From the human T2T-CHM13v2.0 reference genome, Homo sapiens, in the NCBI RefSeq assembly GCF_009914755.1, contig NC_060927.1: DNA of 64,000 bases; one strand, written 5' to 3'. Made by a program: the position numbers and the translations under genes. Below the pieces are notes generated by a model. That model was not told the origin of the DNA and ran no database searches. It worked only from the letters and a program-made list of their open reading frames with translations. Below are positions 1-13,059 of this stretch, one piece after another. The stretch's first letter is position 1. The number at the start of each line of letters is the position of its first letter.

Positions 1-893
1 TTCTTCCAAAGCTGCTTTTCTGCTTTGCTTTTGGAATACTACTTTATCTAAATTTTCATCTACCCTTCCAATTCCTATGCTTCTTGTGTTGATTTCTCTT
101 TTCCGACTTCTCAGATTTTTAATCTCATTTTTAAACATGAGAATTCTCTGAGGTCTATTTCTTGACCCTTTGTCCTCTTTTTAACTATCCCTTGGGAAAC
201 TTGCACAATCTAAATGACTAACTAGAACTTATGAGATTATGAGCCAGATCTCTCCCTGCTTATGAGCCCATTTCAATTAGATGTCTCAGCATCATTGTAA
301 GTTAAAATGCATAAAATCCAAAACAATAAATTTTTCTCAAACCAATGTTATATCTGAAATGGTTATTTCAATGACTTTAATGACTTTCAATAACTTCAAT
401 GACCTTAGCTTCTTTCTGTTCTTTCCACAAGCTAGTGCTTTAATTTTTTAAGAATAAACTTAACAGATGAAATGATAAAGACATAATTTTTATGTTGTGT
501 TATACTCTTGATGGAAATATTTCCAAATCTTTTGAATGAAGAGCTTTGAAGAAAAACCTGATCTTACTTTATCCAAAAATTCTTTTAAAAATAAGGGTTT
601 AAAAATTACTAAAGAAAAAGAGTAATTGGAAAAGCAATTTGTACTTTCTCTCCTGAGTTAATCTCCATTTTCTCTATATCCATGATGACAGTAAAATATA
701 ATTAAGAAGAATACATGTTCTATTGATCAAAAACCACTTTTGGAAAATACTGAAATTACACATCTATTGCGCTCGCTCTCTCTCTCCCTCTGGCTAGCTT
801 ATCCCAACTGTTGTGTCACATGTTTTCGAAGTTACTATGATTATTTAACAATGTTGCAGCTAAAATGATGGACATAAAATCAACACTATAAAA

Positions 894-1030
894 TATAGTC
901 CCAGCTACTCAGGAGGCTGAGGTGAGAGGTTCACTTGAGCCCAGGAGAGTGAGGCTGCAGTGAGCCATGATAGTGCCACTCCACTCCAGCCTGGGTTAGA
1001 GTAAGACCCTATCTCAATCAATCAATAAAA
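894..1030 (+). mobile_element. AluJ-type right-arm fragment
   Basis: TAGTCCCAGCTACTCAGGAGGCTGAGG...CACTCCAGCCTGGG followed by an A-rich tail. Confidence 0.85.
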
Positions 1031-2514
1031 TAGTTTGAATAGTGTTTATTTTCTCAATTCTTGTTAAATAGCTGACATCAGATTGAGCTCTGAAACCCAA
1101 AACTCCTGGAGTAGTGAAGCGCTCTCCTTGACGGGAATCAGATATTAGTTCTTGATACGCCACAAGCAATCTGGATGACTTAAAAAAATGCTAAATTCAA
1201 CGAGTTTCAGTGTTCTTACCTGAAAATTGGGGTATTGGGCCAAACGACTCATACACTTACTAATTCTAATTATTAATTCTAATTCTAGGATGTTCTGCTT
1301 CTTCATCTTGTTCTCAGACCTTGTTCTCTGTTCTCTCACTCAAACAGAACAGAGTACCAATAAAATAGGTAAAAGTTGATTTGAAAAGCATTTTTAAAAG
1401 CTTCAAATTGGAATTATAAATATAAAGGTATTTGGTGTCCCTCCAGAAGAGAATTTAGAAAGATCACATAAAATACATTGTTATCTTTAGACTTGTGAGA
1501 TTGGCCCCAGCTACTTTTAGAACTGTTCTTGAGTACTCAGTAGGGGGAAAGTACTTTTGTATATTTTAAAGTTTGTCATCAACTTCAGGATATATTCAGT
1601 TATGGTGTCATGTCTCATTTCAAGTGGAAAAACAAAGGTAAAAAGCCTAGTGGCACAATAGCATTTAAAAGCTGATAATAGTGTTTCTGCCTGATTTGGT
1701 GTAATTACCCAGATTGAACATGCTCAGCTTCAGAATTATAGGCAACCATTAATTATCTGTTCCCTATCCCAAAGTGTATATACTTTTCCTGAGCTTTTAG
1801 GGTTAGAAGTCAAAAGGAAATACAGCAGTTGGTTTTATTTAAACTTTAGTTTGTGGTATATTTTACAAGACTTTTGAGAGAAAAGCAATTTGTAATACAG
1901 GACTACTAACTTGCCTAGTGTTGGATAAAAGAAATATATATGCCAGCTTAACTCACTAACTATATGGACTTCAACAATGTCTGCAAATGAGAATTTTTAT
2001 AACATCACACTATAATACAACACTTATATTCACTCTACCTGTAAATAAAGCCAATTTCTATAAAAATCGGGGGCCTTAAGCAAGTGGTACAGGAAGAATA
2101 TTTCCTCCATTCTGACTTGCCCATGGATATAAGATATTGAAAGAAAGACATAAAGGAATAAAAAATGAGAAGTTCTGCTGTATGATTTCAACACTTTTTG
2201 GCATTTTCTCCAAAGACTACAGTAAAGATTTAAATTGTTGTTTAATTATTGTAAATACAAGACTCATATTTCATTAAATGCAAGAATGAGCCAAGACATG
2301 TTAATGTGACTTTATGCAAACGCAAAATTTTGAAGTTCCATTAATTTGCATAATTGTGAATTTTTCGTGGTGGTATATCCAAAGTAAAGTGCATCCTCTT
2401 TTTATTACCGTAAACTTAGCATCTCCAAGTACGGTCGTGCAGGTTGTGCTCTGCACAAAGTTACCTTGCTAAGGAAACATGATTAGGATCTTAACTGAAC
2501 CTGGGTTTACTTCT

Positions 2515-2625
2515 TCAATCTATGGAGCTGTGGCATGAAACTTGCATTCTGTCCCATACAACTTTGCAAGAAAAAACTTTTTCTAACTTCTTCGCCCAGA
2601 GAAGAAGCCTTTCTCTAACATGCTC
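2515..2625 (-). pseudogene. VTG relic, candidate penultimate exon
   Basis: Acceptor ttctttag, then RLLLWAKKLEK..SCHSSID versus recalled VTG KLHRSFVKLEK..KCYS. Confidence 0.4.
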
Positions 2626-3365
2626 TAAAGAATTGCAGGTAAAAACAAAGGGTCTTGATTCTTTTTTTTTTCCTCTAACATAATTATCTACTATTTTTGT
2701 TAAATGATATACTGTATTAAAAAGGGATAGTGTTCTCATTTGTCTTTGTTTTCCCACCATCTAACCCAGTGTCAGTCTCTGACTAGATCTGAATGGCTAC
2801 ATATATTTGCTGAATTAGTAGAATCTGGAGACAATGGAATAAGGTACTTGAGTTCAAATCCAAGACTTTGTGCAACTGCAGGGCCTGCCATGTAAATGAA
2901 ATGCTATGGAAATACCATTTGCACCACCTGGAGTTGTGCAACACTGTTGTACAGCTTTCCATGGACTCCTAATTTGATAATGGTATGCTATGGCATTTTT
3001 AAGAATGATTATAGCAATTAATAAGTAATAACGAACTTTAAATGCACAATATGTCACAATACCTTGCTTATTCTTCACAGTAAGCAAGTAAAAATTTATA
3101 TCACTATTTTTAGATGAATTCACTGAACCTCAGAGGGTTAAAATTACTTCTTGCCTAACATCACATAACCAGTATTTTTTGTGCCAAAATTCAAACACAA
3201 GTTAGTCTGATACCAAGGCATATGAACTTATAAGTTATATTCTTTTATATAAATAATTGAAAGAATGTCATGATTTTATAGAACTGCAGACTTCTATAGA
3301 TGATTGAGTCCTAAGGAAACATATTTGCCATAACAATTACTCTGTGAGACCAGTAAGACATACGA

Positions 3366-3437
3366 ATAATCTTTGGGTTAATAAAATGTTGTGTTATCTT
3401 AAATTGTGACACATACAAATACATATCAACATATTTT
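3366..3437 (-). pseudogene. VTG relic, end of vWD domain
   Basis: AAA ATA TGT TGA -TA TGT (K-I-C-*-x-C versus KTCGIC), then PKDY (versus PNGY) 43 nt later; the recalled spacing is 13 codons. Confidence 0.4.
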
Positions 3438-3879
3438 GACTCTGACTTTGGTGAAATCACAAAGTTCTGTAATATTTATTTAAGCTAGTGTTTAACATGA
3501 AGGAAAACAAACAAAACAAATGACCACCTAAGGCCTATCTGATTTTAGCTTAAAGGATATTCATTTAGGTAAAGACATCAAAGGGGGAGAAAAACGCAAG
3601 GCATCCTGGAATTATTTTTATTAAAATAATTTCTATATTTTAAAATACTCTTTCACATTATGCCATTTGATTTCATCTTGTAATAGGTAAAAAGACTCTG
3701 AGAAGACTAGTTATCACTAAAGGTGATGGTGCTGGTAAAAGGAAACTGATACCACGGCTTGTACACTGATCTGACTCTATATTAAGAACACTTTCATCAG
3801 GAATATTTTTGGATGCTACTGACTATTGAGAACACTGAGCAAATGAAATAGGTTTTCTAAAATGGATTGTTTTATAATA

Positions 3880-5620
3880 GCAAAGAAATTTACTAAGAAC
3901 TGGGGAATTTTACCTACTTAGATTTGGCTGGAAATCTTATACTGATGAAAGCAAAGCAATTGTTATGAAGTTACCTTGCTAACTTTTTATGTCCGATGAG
4001 AGAGTAGAATTAACAAAGGTTACTACTGCTCTAGACTTAGATGATTATTATATCAAAAAATTTATTGATGAAACTAAGGCAGTAGGAAGCTTAGGAGAAA
4101 AGTATCTTGGCACATTCATCCAGGGAAGCAGTTCTAGACCTGGTCTCACATGCATTTTAGACTTAAGAGAAACTGATTTCCAGCAGTTTAGGGGACAAGA
4201 AAAATTATTGCTATTATCAAATATACTGAGAGGCAAGATATTTTCCTTAAAATGTAATAGCTATGTATCAGCCTAATAAGGATAAACCACAGGGAAAGAA
4301 GACATCTAAAGTACGGCTCCTCCGGGATGATGACTTGAGTCAAGGATGTATGGGTGAGTGGAACACATAAAAGGATCATGGGAAACCTTCACAGGTTTTT
4401 GATAGAAATGTTGAAATGTGGAGAAAGCAGAGGTGTGAATGAGTCTTAGGACAAAGAACAACATAAAGCGTATTTTCAAATATGTTAAAAGTTGGAACAA
4501 TGAAGAAAAGTAAATAGCCCCAGTGTTAGGAGAAGGCAAAGTAATATCATACTTCTATTGTGCAGGAATGTATACCCACAGACAGAATTCAGCTATTTCT
4601 GTGAGTGATAGAAAATAAGCATTACTTTTAAATCCTCTTTTGCTCTTGGCTTCTTCATTAAGAAGAATGTTCTTAAAACCAAAACTGGTAGTCAAATGGG
4701 TTAATAACAGACAGAATTTCAAGTAAGGCCAATGAATCAGGGAAGTAACATGATATGAACACAAGTTTTAGGTTTGAATATTGATACTTCTACTTATGAG
4801 CTGTGAGATCTTCAGGAACTCATTGGATCTCTCTATGCAACAGCTTCCTTTTCATCAAAATAAAGTGTCACCCCCATGATGCTGTGAGGAAAAAAATGAG
4901 CTTCCAGTAGGCAAACACCTGACATGTAGTCCTTGTGCACATGCAGCACTCAATTACTTTAACTGTTGTTATTATGAAACATGGAGTCCTAGAAAACAAA
5001 ATTGTATCTAATTAATTTTTATATCTCCATTCCCAACTTAAGATCCAAACACTTAGGGCTTAAATAAATATTTGATAAACAAATAAACAAACAAAAATCA
5101 AAATAATGCCAGAGCACTGGACTGTTTTAAATGAATTCAAGATCTTGGGTTCTGATTAATTTTACCTCAAGAGTCAAAACCTTAAGATATTATCATAGAA
5201 TCAACTATTAGTTATTACTGAAGAATTGTGACAAATATGACAAATTCCAGAAATACAGAATAAGGAAATATTCCAATTTTTAACATGAGAGGATCAAATC
5301 CAGAAACTACTGACTGGCAATTTAGAGACTGATTCATAACATAGCTCTAGAGTGAAGCATTGAATACAAGGCCTGTGAGCACCTAGTACAGGAAATCTGT
5401 TTTCTAAAGTAAACCAAACACATGGAGCAAGCAGAAGAAACACTGTACAATTGAATTTTAGCCAAAAAAAAAAAGTCTATGGGTGCTTACACAATAAACA
5501 AACATGGTTCATTATTGGTCTTATCAGAAGGGAGTTCTCAAATGCTCCCATACTACTACTTCTTATTCTCTACCTCTCCCCACCCTCAGCTCAAAAAAGC
5601 TTTATCAATGATTAGAGCTA
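3880..5620 (+). mobile_element. L3/CR1 LINE remnant (ORF2), interrupted by a MIR
   Basis: ORF 3989-4276 contains TCILDLRETDFQQFR..ILRGK, similar to CR1 TLDFRKADF..LKGK. Near 5270-5320, CCAATTTTT..CCAGAAACTAC resembles the PIFK..PGNY motif. Confidence 0.6.
4770..4975 (+). mobile_element. MIR
   Basis: GGTTTGAAT..ACTTATGAGCTGTGA..TCTCTATG..CAGCTTCCT..GTGAGG core pattern. Confidence 0.55.
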
Positions 5621-6240
5621 TACAAAGATAGACACCATGTGCATGAGAGATGTCAATCGCTTTTCCTACGAGGTTCGGTCCCATTGTGATGGAATTTTCC
5701 ACATCATATATATAAAATCTCACTTTCCCTGGCCGTGCTCTTATGAAACTCAAAAATCAAGAAGCACCTAAGAGATATAGAGGGTACTCTTGTTTTCAAA
5801 ATTTGTTTCTTTTCTATCAATTTTCAACTACAAGACATAACTAAGAAGCTGCCACAAAAAGCGTTCAGAGTGGGGGAATTATTCTCAAACTATGTCTGTC
5901 GAAAATAGTCATCACGTTTTGGGAATACTTAGGCCACAATCATGTGTTGTGGTTGACCTGTTAGTGTTATTTTGTTCTATTTTTAATTGAAACCCATTTC
6001 TAGTACTTAGGGTACATGAACTTTGGCAGAATGAGAGCAAGTTCCTGAATTATGCAGTTGGCTGGAACTGAGTAAAAACTCTTCTTCAGAGAGTGTAGGT
6101 GCTCTTCATTTTGTCAAGCAAGCTGTCTTTTCTAACCTGGTCTTATTAATCTCCAAACTAAGTTAAAAACCAGAAGAAAGAGGTTATGAGGAGACTAATT
6201 TCAGTTTGTTACAAAGAAAAGTTAACATTAAAAATGTTCA

Positions 6241-6547
<307 letters not shown>

Positions 6548-6929
6548 TTATAGGGACTTCCTGGTTCAACACATGGGGCTTGAGCCCACGTTTACCTTCA
6601 TTCTTCCAAAGTGCCATGGAAATAACTATTTTTGTGTAAAAATAAATATTTATGGATTATGTTGTAAGATAGTAGGCTCCCTGCTAAGCAGTTTTTTAAA
6701 GAAAGATTAGCAAATTGTCCATATACTATAGAAATTGTTTCAGAATCAGATAAAAGACTAAATTGGATGACCCACATTTCTTCAAAATAAAATTAAATAA
6801 TTTGTACAATTAAAAATGATTTTATATTCCAATCAATCCACCTATAAATATGTATTGAATATATATGCTATGTGCATTGCAATAGGTATTAGAGTGATAT
6901 ATTATTCTCCACTAAAGTTGCCCATCTCT

Positions 6930-7059
6930 CACCCTATTAATATTATTAATATTCCACTTAACCAAATAATTACTTTAGCCAATAAAATATGAGTATAAGG
7001 GATATGTGCCACTTTCGAGCAGGCAGAAGTTTTGAAAGTGCCAGCTTGTATATAGTTCC

Positions 7060-7112
<53 letters not shown>

Positions 7113-7335
7113 TTTGTTTTGTTTTGTTTTGGTTTAGTTTGCTTTGTTTTCTTTATACCTCTCCCACAAGAGTAGCAATATCCCAATTAGAGGCAAAGTC
7201 AGCATGGGCACTGGAGTGAAGAAAACACATGAATGCCCTGCAACAGGAACAAAAAATAAACCTTTGATACTATAAGCAACTGAAATTTGGGGGTTGTTTG
7301 TTAGTCACATAGCTAATTGTATCCTGATTGATACA
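6930..7335 (+). mobile_element. MLT1 (old MaLR LTR) containing a (TG)n tract
   Basis: The 3' end AATAAACC..GAAATTTGGGGGTTGTTTGTTA..CTGATTGATACA is typical of MLT1. Confidence 0.6.
7063..7111. repeat. (TG)n microsatellite, about 24 units
   Basis: Direct reading. Confidence 0.98.
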
Positions 7336-7589
7336 AATGGAAAACATTGAAGGAATTAAGAAGAATAAAAATTGAGAAGCCAATGTAATCAATATATTTT
7401 CTAAATGGATATGGATATTGAAGATACTGAGGTCTTCAAAGGATTAGTGGGCATAAAAAAGGTCAGCAAAGATCAGCAATGAGGCGTGGTTGAAGATGAT
7501 TTAGGCAAATAACATGAGTTTCAAAGGATCACTGGCTTTACCAGTAGAGTAAAAGCAGCATTGACTATGTCAGTTATGATTAGGTTTGG

Positions 7590-7990
7590 TGGTCAGGGAC
7601 AAAAAATCCAATAACAGATCGATATTTATTTATCTTTTAAATAGGAGTCTAAACATAAGCATTCCAAATGAGTTAGAATACTCAACTTATCAAAGATCAA
7701 GGCTTCTTTCTTCCTGTTGCTGTGCCATTTGTGGCCTCCATTCCCCAAGTCACAGCTATTCCAGCTCCACCATCACATCCACCTTCAAGCCAATAGAAAG
7801 GAGGGATGGGAAGAAGGGTCAGTTCTCTTCCTTTAATGACACTTCAGGAAGTTAAATAACCTATTTCTGCTAACACCTCATTAGGTACTTAACTCAGTCT
7901 CATGCCACCCAATTGTAAGGAATTCTGAGAAATAGCTTTACTCAAGATAACTATGACTCAGATAAAGTGGGCATTCTTTTAACATAGAAA
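7590..7990 (-). mobile_element. Old MLT1 (K/L-like) LTR
   Basis: CAGCTCCACCATCACATCCACCTTC..CCTTTAATGACACTTCAGGAAGTT..CTGAGAAATAG pattern. Confidence 0.5.
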
Positions 7991-9585
7991 GAAAAGAGAA
8001 TGAATGACCAGGTTCAACCAGCAACCTTTAGACGTGGACCAAAACTACAGACCAGAATATAATATGGTTTGGGAGAATGACAGCCTTCCGGCCATTGATA
8101 GAAGCTGCGATGAAGGTGATTTCCTCAAGGAGGAGCCAGTGTCAAGAAGGATCAGTGAGGTAATTGAGGATGAGTAGGCATCTAACAAAGAACAGAAGTT
8201 TTAACAAAGAACAGAAGTTTTACAAAGAGCATATTTGCAATTTTGAGAGGCCAGAGAAAACAGAAGTGGACTGACAAAATTAAAGAGAAAATGGATTATC
8301 TAAGGGACTTACATGTTTAGTAATGGTTGGAGAAAATAGGGCCATGGTTGGGTTAGCTGGCTGCCAGTATGTCAAGATGAAAAGAACTCTTAGCTTCAGC
8401 TCATCAGGACTTGGCTTCATCTTGGGAAGACACTGATAATATAAGAGCTTGTGCATATTTGACAGCATCTCTGCAAGGTGGAGCTGCTGGAAGAGAAGGA
8501 ATAGAGAAATCTGGGACAACAGAGACAGCCCAGTTTATGCTGCTAATAGAGACATACTTGAGTCTGGGTAATTTATAAGGAAAGAGGTTTAATTGATTCA
8601 CAGTTCCACGTGGCTGGGAAGCCTCACAATCATGGCAGAGGGTGAAGGGGGAGCAAGACATGTCTTACATGGCAGCAGGCAAGAGGGTGTGGGCAGGGGA
8701 ATTGCCCTTTTATAAAACCATAAGATCTTGTGAGACACTCACTATCATGTGAACAGCACAGGAAAAAAAACCTGCCCCTATGATTCAATTACCTCCCACT
8801 GGGTTCTGCTCACAATACATGGGGTTATTACAGTTCAATGTGAGATTTGGGAGGGGACACAGAGACAAACCATATTATTCTGTCCCTGGACCCTACCAAA
8901 TCTCATGTCCCTTTCACATTTCAAAACACAATCCTGCCTTCCCAGCAGTCCCCTAAAGTCTTAACTCACTTCAGCATTAACTCAAAAGTTCATGGTCCAA
9001 AGTCTCATCTGAAACAAGGCAAGTCACTTCTGCCCATGAGCCTGTAAAATCAAAAGCAAATTAGTTACATCCTAGATACAATGGGGTTACAAGGATTGGG
9101 TAAATACACCCATTCCAGAAATTGGCCAAAATGAAGGGGCTATGGGCATGATGCAAGTCTGAAATCCAGTGGGGCAGTCAAATCTTAAAGCTCCAAAACA
9201 ATCTACTTTGACTCCATGTCTCACATCCAGGTCATGCTGATGAATGAGGTGGGTTCCCATGGTCTTGTGGTCTTGGGCAGCTCTGACCCTGTGGCTACTT
9301 TCACAGGCTGATATTGAGTGTCTACAGCTTTTCCAGGTGCATGGTATAAGTTGTCAGTGGATCTACCATTCTGGGGTCTGGAGGACAGTGGCCCTCTTCT
9401 CACAGCTCCACTAGGCAGTGCCCCAGTGGAGACTCTATGTGGGGGTTCCTACCTCACATTTTCCTTCTGTACTGCCCTAGCAGAGGTTCTCCAGGAGGGC
9501 TCCACCCCTTAAGCACACCTCTGCCTGGACATCCATGCATTACCATACATCCTCTGAAATCTAGGTGGAGGTTCCCAAACCCCAA

Positions 9586-9590
<5 letters not shown>

Positions 9591-9618
<28 letters not shown>

Positions 9619-9782
9619 GAGACAGAGTCTCACTCTGTCACCCAGGATGGAGTACAGTGGCACGATCTCAGCTCACTGCAAGCTCCGCCTCCCGGGTTCA
9701 TGCCATTCTCCTGACCTAATGATCTGCCTGCCTCGGCCTCCCAAAGTGCTGGAATTACAGGCATGAGCCACCACGCCCGGCC
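9591..9782 (-). mobile_element. AluY collapsed to a chimeric monomer
   Basis: AluY-diagnostic GCAAGCTCCGCCTCCCGGGTTCA, an arm-to-arm junction at TCTCCTG (9707-9713), and a 16-bp TSD CCAAACCCCAATTCTT. Confidence 0.9.
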
Positions 9783-10620
9783 CCAAACCCCAATTCTTGA
9801 CTTCTGTGCACCTGCAGGCTCAACATCACATGGAAGCTGCCAAGGCTTGGAGCTTTCACCCTTTGAAGACATGGCCCAAGCTGTACCTTGGCCCTTTAAG
9901 CCAGAGCACCAAATCCCAAGACTGCCCAAAGGAGCAAGGCCATTTTCCTCCTAGGCCTCCAGGACTGTGATGGGAGGGGCCTCTGTGAAGCCCTCCGACA
10001 TGCCCTGGAGATATTTTCCCCATTGTCTTGGTGATTAACATTTGGCTCCTTGTTACTTATGTAAATGTATGCAGCCAGCTCGTATTTCTCCTCAGAAAAA
10101 TGGGTTTTTCTTTTCTACCACATAACTCTGCTGCAAATTTTCTGAAATTTTATGCTTTGCTTCCCTTTTATACATAAGCTCCAACTTCAAACCATATCTT
10201 TGTGAATACATAAAGCTGAATGCTTTTAATACCCCCCAAGTCACCTCTTGAATGTTTTGTTGCTTAGAAATTTCTTCTGCCAGATACCCTAAGTCATTTC
10301 TCTCAAGTCAAAGTTTCACAGATCTCTAGGGCAGGGGCAAAATGCTGCCAGCCTGTCTGCTAAAACATAGCAATAGTCACCTTTATTCCAGTCCCAACAG
10401 GTTCCTCATCTCAATCTGAGATGAGCAGCATTTGGTCAAAGCCATTTAAAAAGTCTCTAGGAAGTTCCAAACTTTCCCACATCTTCCTGTCTTCTTCCAA
10501 GCCCTCCAAACTGTTCCAACCTCTGCCTATTACCTGGTTCCACAGTGGCTTCCAAATTTTCAGTTATTTTTACAGCAATGCCCCATTTCCCATTACCAAT
10601 TTGCTCTATTACTCTGTTCT

Positions 10621-10958
10621 TTCTTTCTTTCCTTCCTTGTTTCTTTCTCTTTTTTTTTTTTTTTTGTTTGTTTTTTGAGATGGAGTTTCATTCTTGTCAC
10701 CCAGGCTGGGTGCAATGGTGCAATCTCGGCTCACTGGAACTTCTGCCTCCTGGGCTCAAGCAATTCTCCTGCCTCAGCCTCCCAAGTAGCTGGGATTACA
10801 GGCACCCGCCACTAGGCCTGGCTAATTTTTGTATTTTTAGTAGAGACAGGGTTTCACCATGTTGGCCAGGCTGATCTCGAACCCCTGACCTCAGGTGATT
10901 CACCTGCCTTGGCCTCCTAAAGTGCTGGTATTACAGGTGTGAGCCACTGTGCCCAGCC
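10621..10958 (-). mobile_element. AluS (Sq/Sp-like) inside the THE1 LTR
   Basis: Full Alu with TSD A(C/G)TCTGTTCT at 10611-10620 / 10961-10970. Confidence 0.93.
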
Positions 10959-11439
10959 CCAGTCTGTTCTCACACTGCTAATAAAGACATAACTGAGACT
11001 GGGTAATTTATACAGGAAAGAGGTTTAATTGACTCACAGTTCCACATAGCTGGGGAGGCCTCACAATCATGATGGAAGGCAAAGGGGAAGCAAGACATGT
11101 CTTACGTGGCAGCAGGCAAGGGGGTGTGCAGGGCAGCTGTGCTTTTATAAAACCATCAAATTTCATGAGTCTTATTCACTATCACAAGAATACATGGGAA
11201 AACCCACGCCCATAATTCAATTACCTCCCACTGAGTCCCTCCCACAACACGTGGGGATTATTACAAGTCGTGGTGAGATTTGGGTGGGGACACAGAGCCA
11301 AACCATATCAGAGGGTAAAAAGGAATGTTTCAGGAAATTTTGATGAAATTGATAATTTCCAACAGAATCTGCGAAATCTAGCCCCTAATTCTCAAATGTT
11401 TGGATAGAGAAAAGGTACTGGCTTTTCTCCCTGTTAGCA

Positions 11440-11474
11440 AGAACATTCTGTGTCAAGATGGGAAAAAAGTAGCA
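11440..11474 (-). pseudogene. VTG relic, start of vWD domain
   Basis: TGC TAC TTT TTT CCC ATC TTG ACA CAG AA TGT TCT = CY..ILTQ-CS versus VTG CYHILVQDCS. Confidence 0.6.
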
Positions 11475-12469
11475 TTCATCGTGCAGCACCTGTGATGGTG
11501 ATTTATAAACAGATCCAGGCTGAATCATGTGGGTGCCTGCCCCAAGGAGGTTAACACTTTGCTGCCTCTTTTAACAAATGTTGTGTGAATAGTTTTAAAT
11601 ATTTATTTAGAGAGAAAACTAAGTCTTATGTAAGGAAGAAAATGAGAGCTACTGTTGATAGAATTTAAACCCCACTTCTAGCTTGCTCTTTGCTCTTTTG
11701 TTACTCTGCTCTTTGGCAAACTTGTGCCTTTCGCTGAAGAACACTAAAGCCCTACAGGTAAAAAATAAAATAAAGTAAATTACATAAATAAAAAAAAACA
11801 TGCTCCTGAGAAGGCAATTAGTTAGTCATCTTTTATCACTTGAACATACTCATTGAGGTCTCACTGCCTACACCAAGGACATATGAAAAATCCTTTCAAA
11901 CAGAATGCAATGGTCTTCCTAAGAGTAGATCAGGAAAATACTTTTTTTTTTCCATTCTGCTGCATTTCCAGTGATATCTGAACACCCCTGATGGACTGGC
12001 ATCTTAGGGTTTTCCATTAAAACAGGCTGCTGATTTGCCTCTGAATTTAGAGTTCAACTTGGATCCTGGAAACACAAAGAAGAATAACACACAGCCTCGC
12101 CCTCAGGGAACTCACAGGTATTCCAAAATAGACTTTGAGACGTTTATGCCCCCACAGAAATGAAGGAATACACAAATTTACTTTTGTTGTCTGTTTTGTG
12201 AACAACCTGAATTTTCCTGCCCTTTAAAAACTATTGTTCTTTAAGCTAATGCTTTGTAATAATTATTGATAGACATCATGCTAAATTCTATAAGGACAGT
12301 TTTATTATTTGACCCCATTTAATAATTTAATAATTTGCTCATCCATGTTCAGGCTCAGTACATTTTTCCTTCTCTGAATTTCCATACAATAGCCTTTGCT
12401 CCTTTTCTAGGCAAAAAGAAAGAATCCTATTTCCCTATTTAGAATATTATTATTCAGGTTTTGCATCAA

Positions 12470-12555
12470 CTACTGTGATTTTTGATCATCCCCTTAACTC
12501 TCAATAGCAGCTTGTATCTGGAAGGTCACTTATGAGCCTCTGCAGATCCCAAAGA
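12470..12555 (-). pseudogene. VTG relic, lipovitellin-2 exon
   Basis: CRGS*VT versus CRDYKVS, then AA..RVK..*SKI versus AAQVKLEWPKV. Confidence 0.55.
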
Positions 12556-12579
12556 GAAATTTATCTATTTGGAAAACAG

Positions 12580-12720
12580 AGTTTTTCAACATGAGTAAAA
12601 TGACATTAGTAACAATCTTCCAGGAACTATTGTATCGCTCTGAAAGATGGCACTTGTAGAGTTCAGGTCCAGGAAAATTTTGCTAAATACTCAAAGGCAA
12701 CTTTCCTAGAATGAACTCAT
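12580..12720 (-). pseudogene. VTG relic, lipovitellin-2 exon
   Basis: GKL..EYLA..FLD..LQV..SERYNSSWKIVTNVILLMLK versus fish KLLGYQLAAYFD..VQL..ENDNWKICADGVLLSKHK and chicken DSSKWKLCAD. Confidence 0.55.
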
Positions 12721-13059
12721 GTATTTAAAAAAATGTGAAACAGAGATAATACCATCTCTAGCTTATTTGGTGAGACAGAGAAAAAAACTTGTTTATAGTT
12801 ATAAGGAGTTGGAACTAATTATATTTCTTTGTTTCTAGTTTGCCATATCCTGTCTAATTGTTAGGGTATGTGTACCCTTCTAAATACACTGTTTGCTTTG
12901 AATAAGATCTGAGTGAGAAAGAGTTTCAGTTCACAGCCTATGGAATCTATTTGCATCTCCAAGGAAATAGTTGTTTACTACTCTGTTGTCATTTGTTCAG
13001 AGCACAACACAGAAGTGAGTTTCCATCAATATTCATGGTCCTTGTAGCCTCCAAAGTCT

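Larger units (their letters stand above)
8535..11310 (-). mobile_element. THE1 (MaLR) element with both LTRs and the internal region, carrying two nested Alus
   Basis: Two copies of the reverse-complemented THE1 LTR (8535-8877, and about 10605-11310 ending CCAAACCATATCA) flank a THE1-int sequence. Confidence 0.92.

Noticed and set aside
568-1340. Minus-strand exon-like units at 568-608 and about 1220-1340
   Set aside because: The splice-like sites are good, but there is no recognisable product; they cannot be supported beyond possibly being the decayed VTG 3' end.
2854-2880. KSWI as a match to VTG HSWI
   Set aside because: It lies in MIR/MER91-like repeat sequence and is probably chance.
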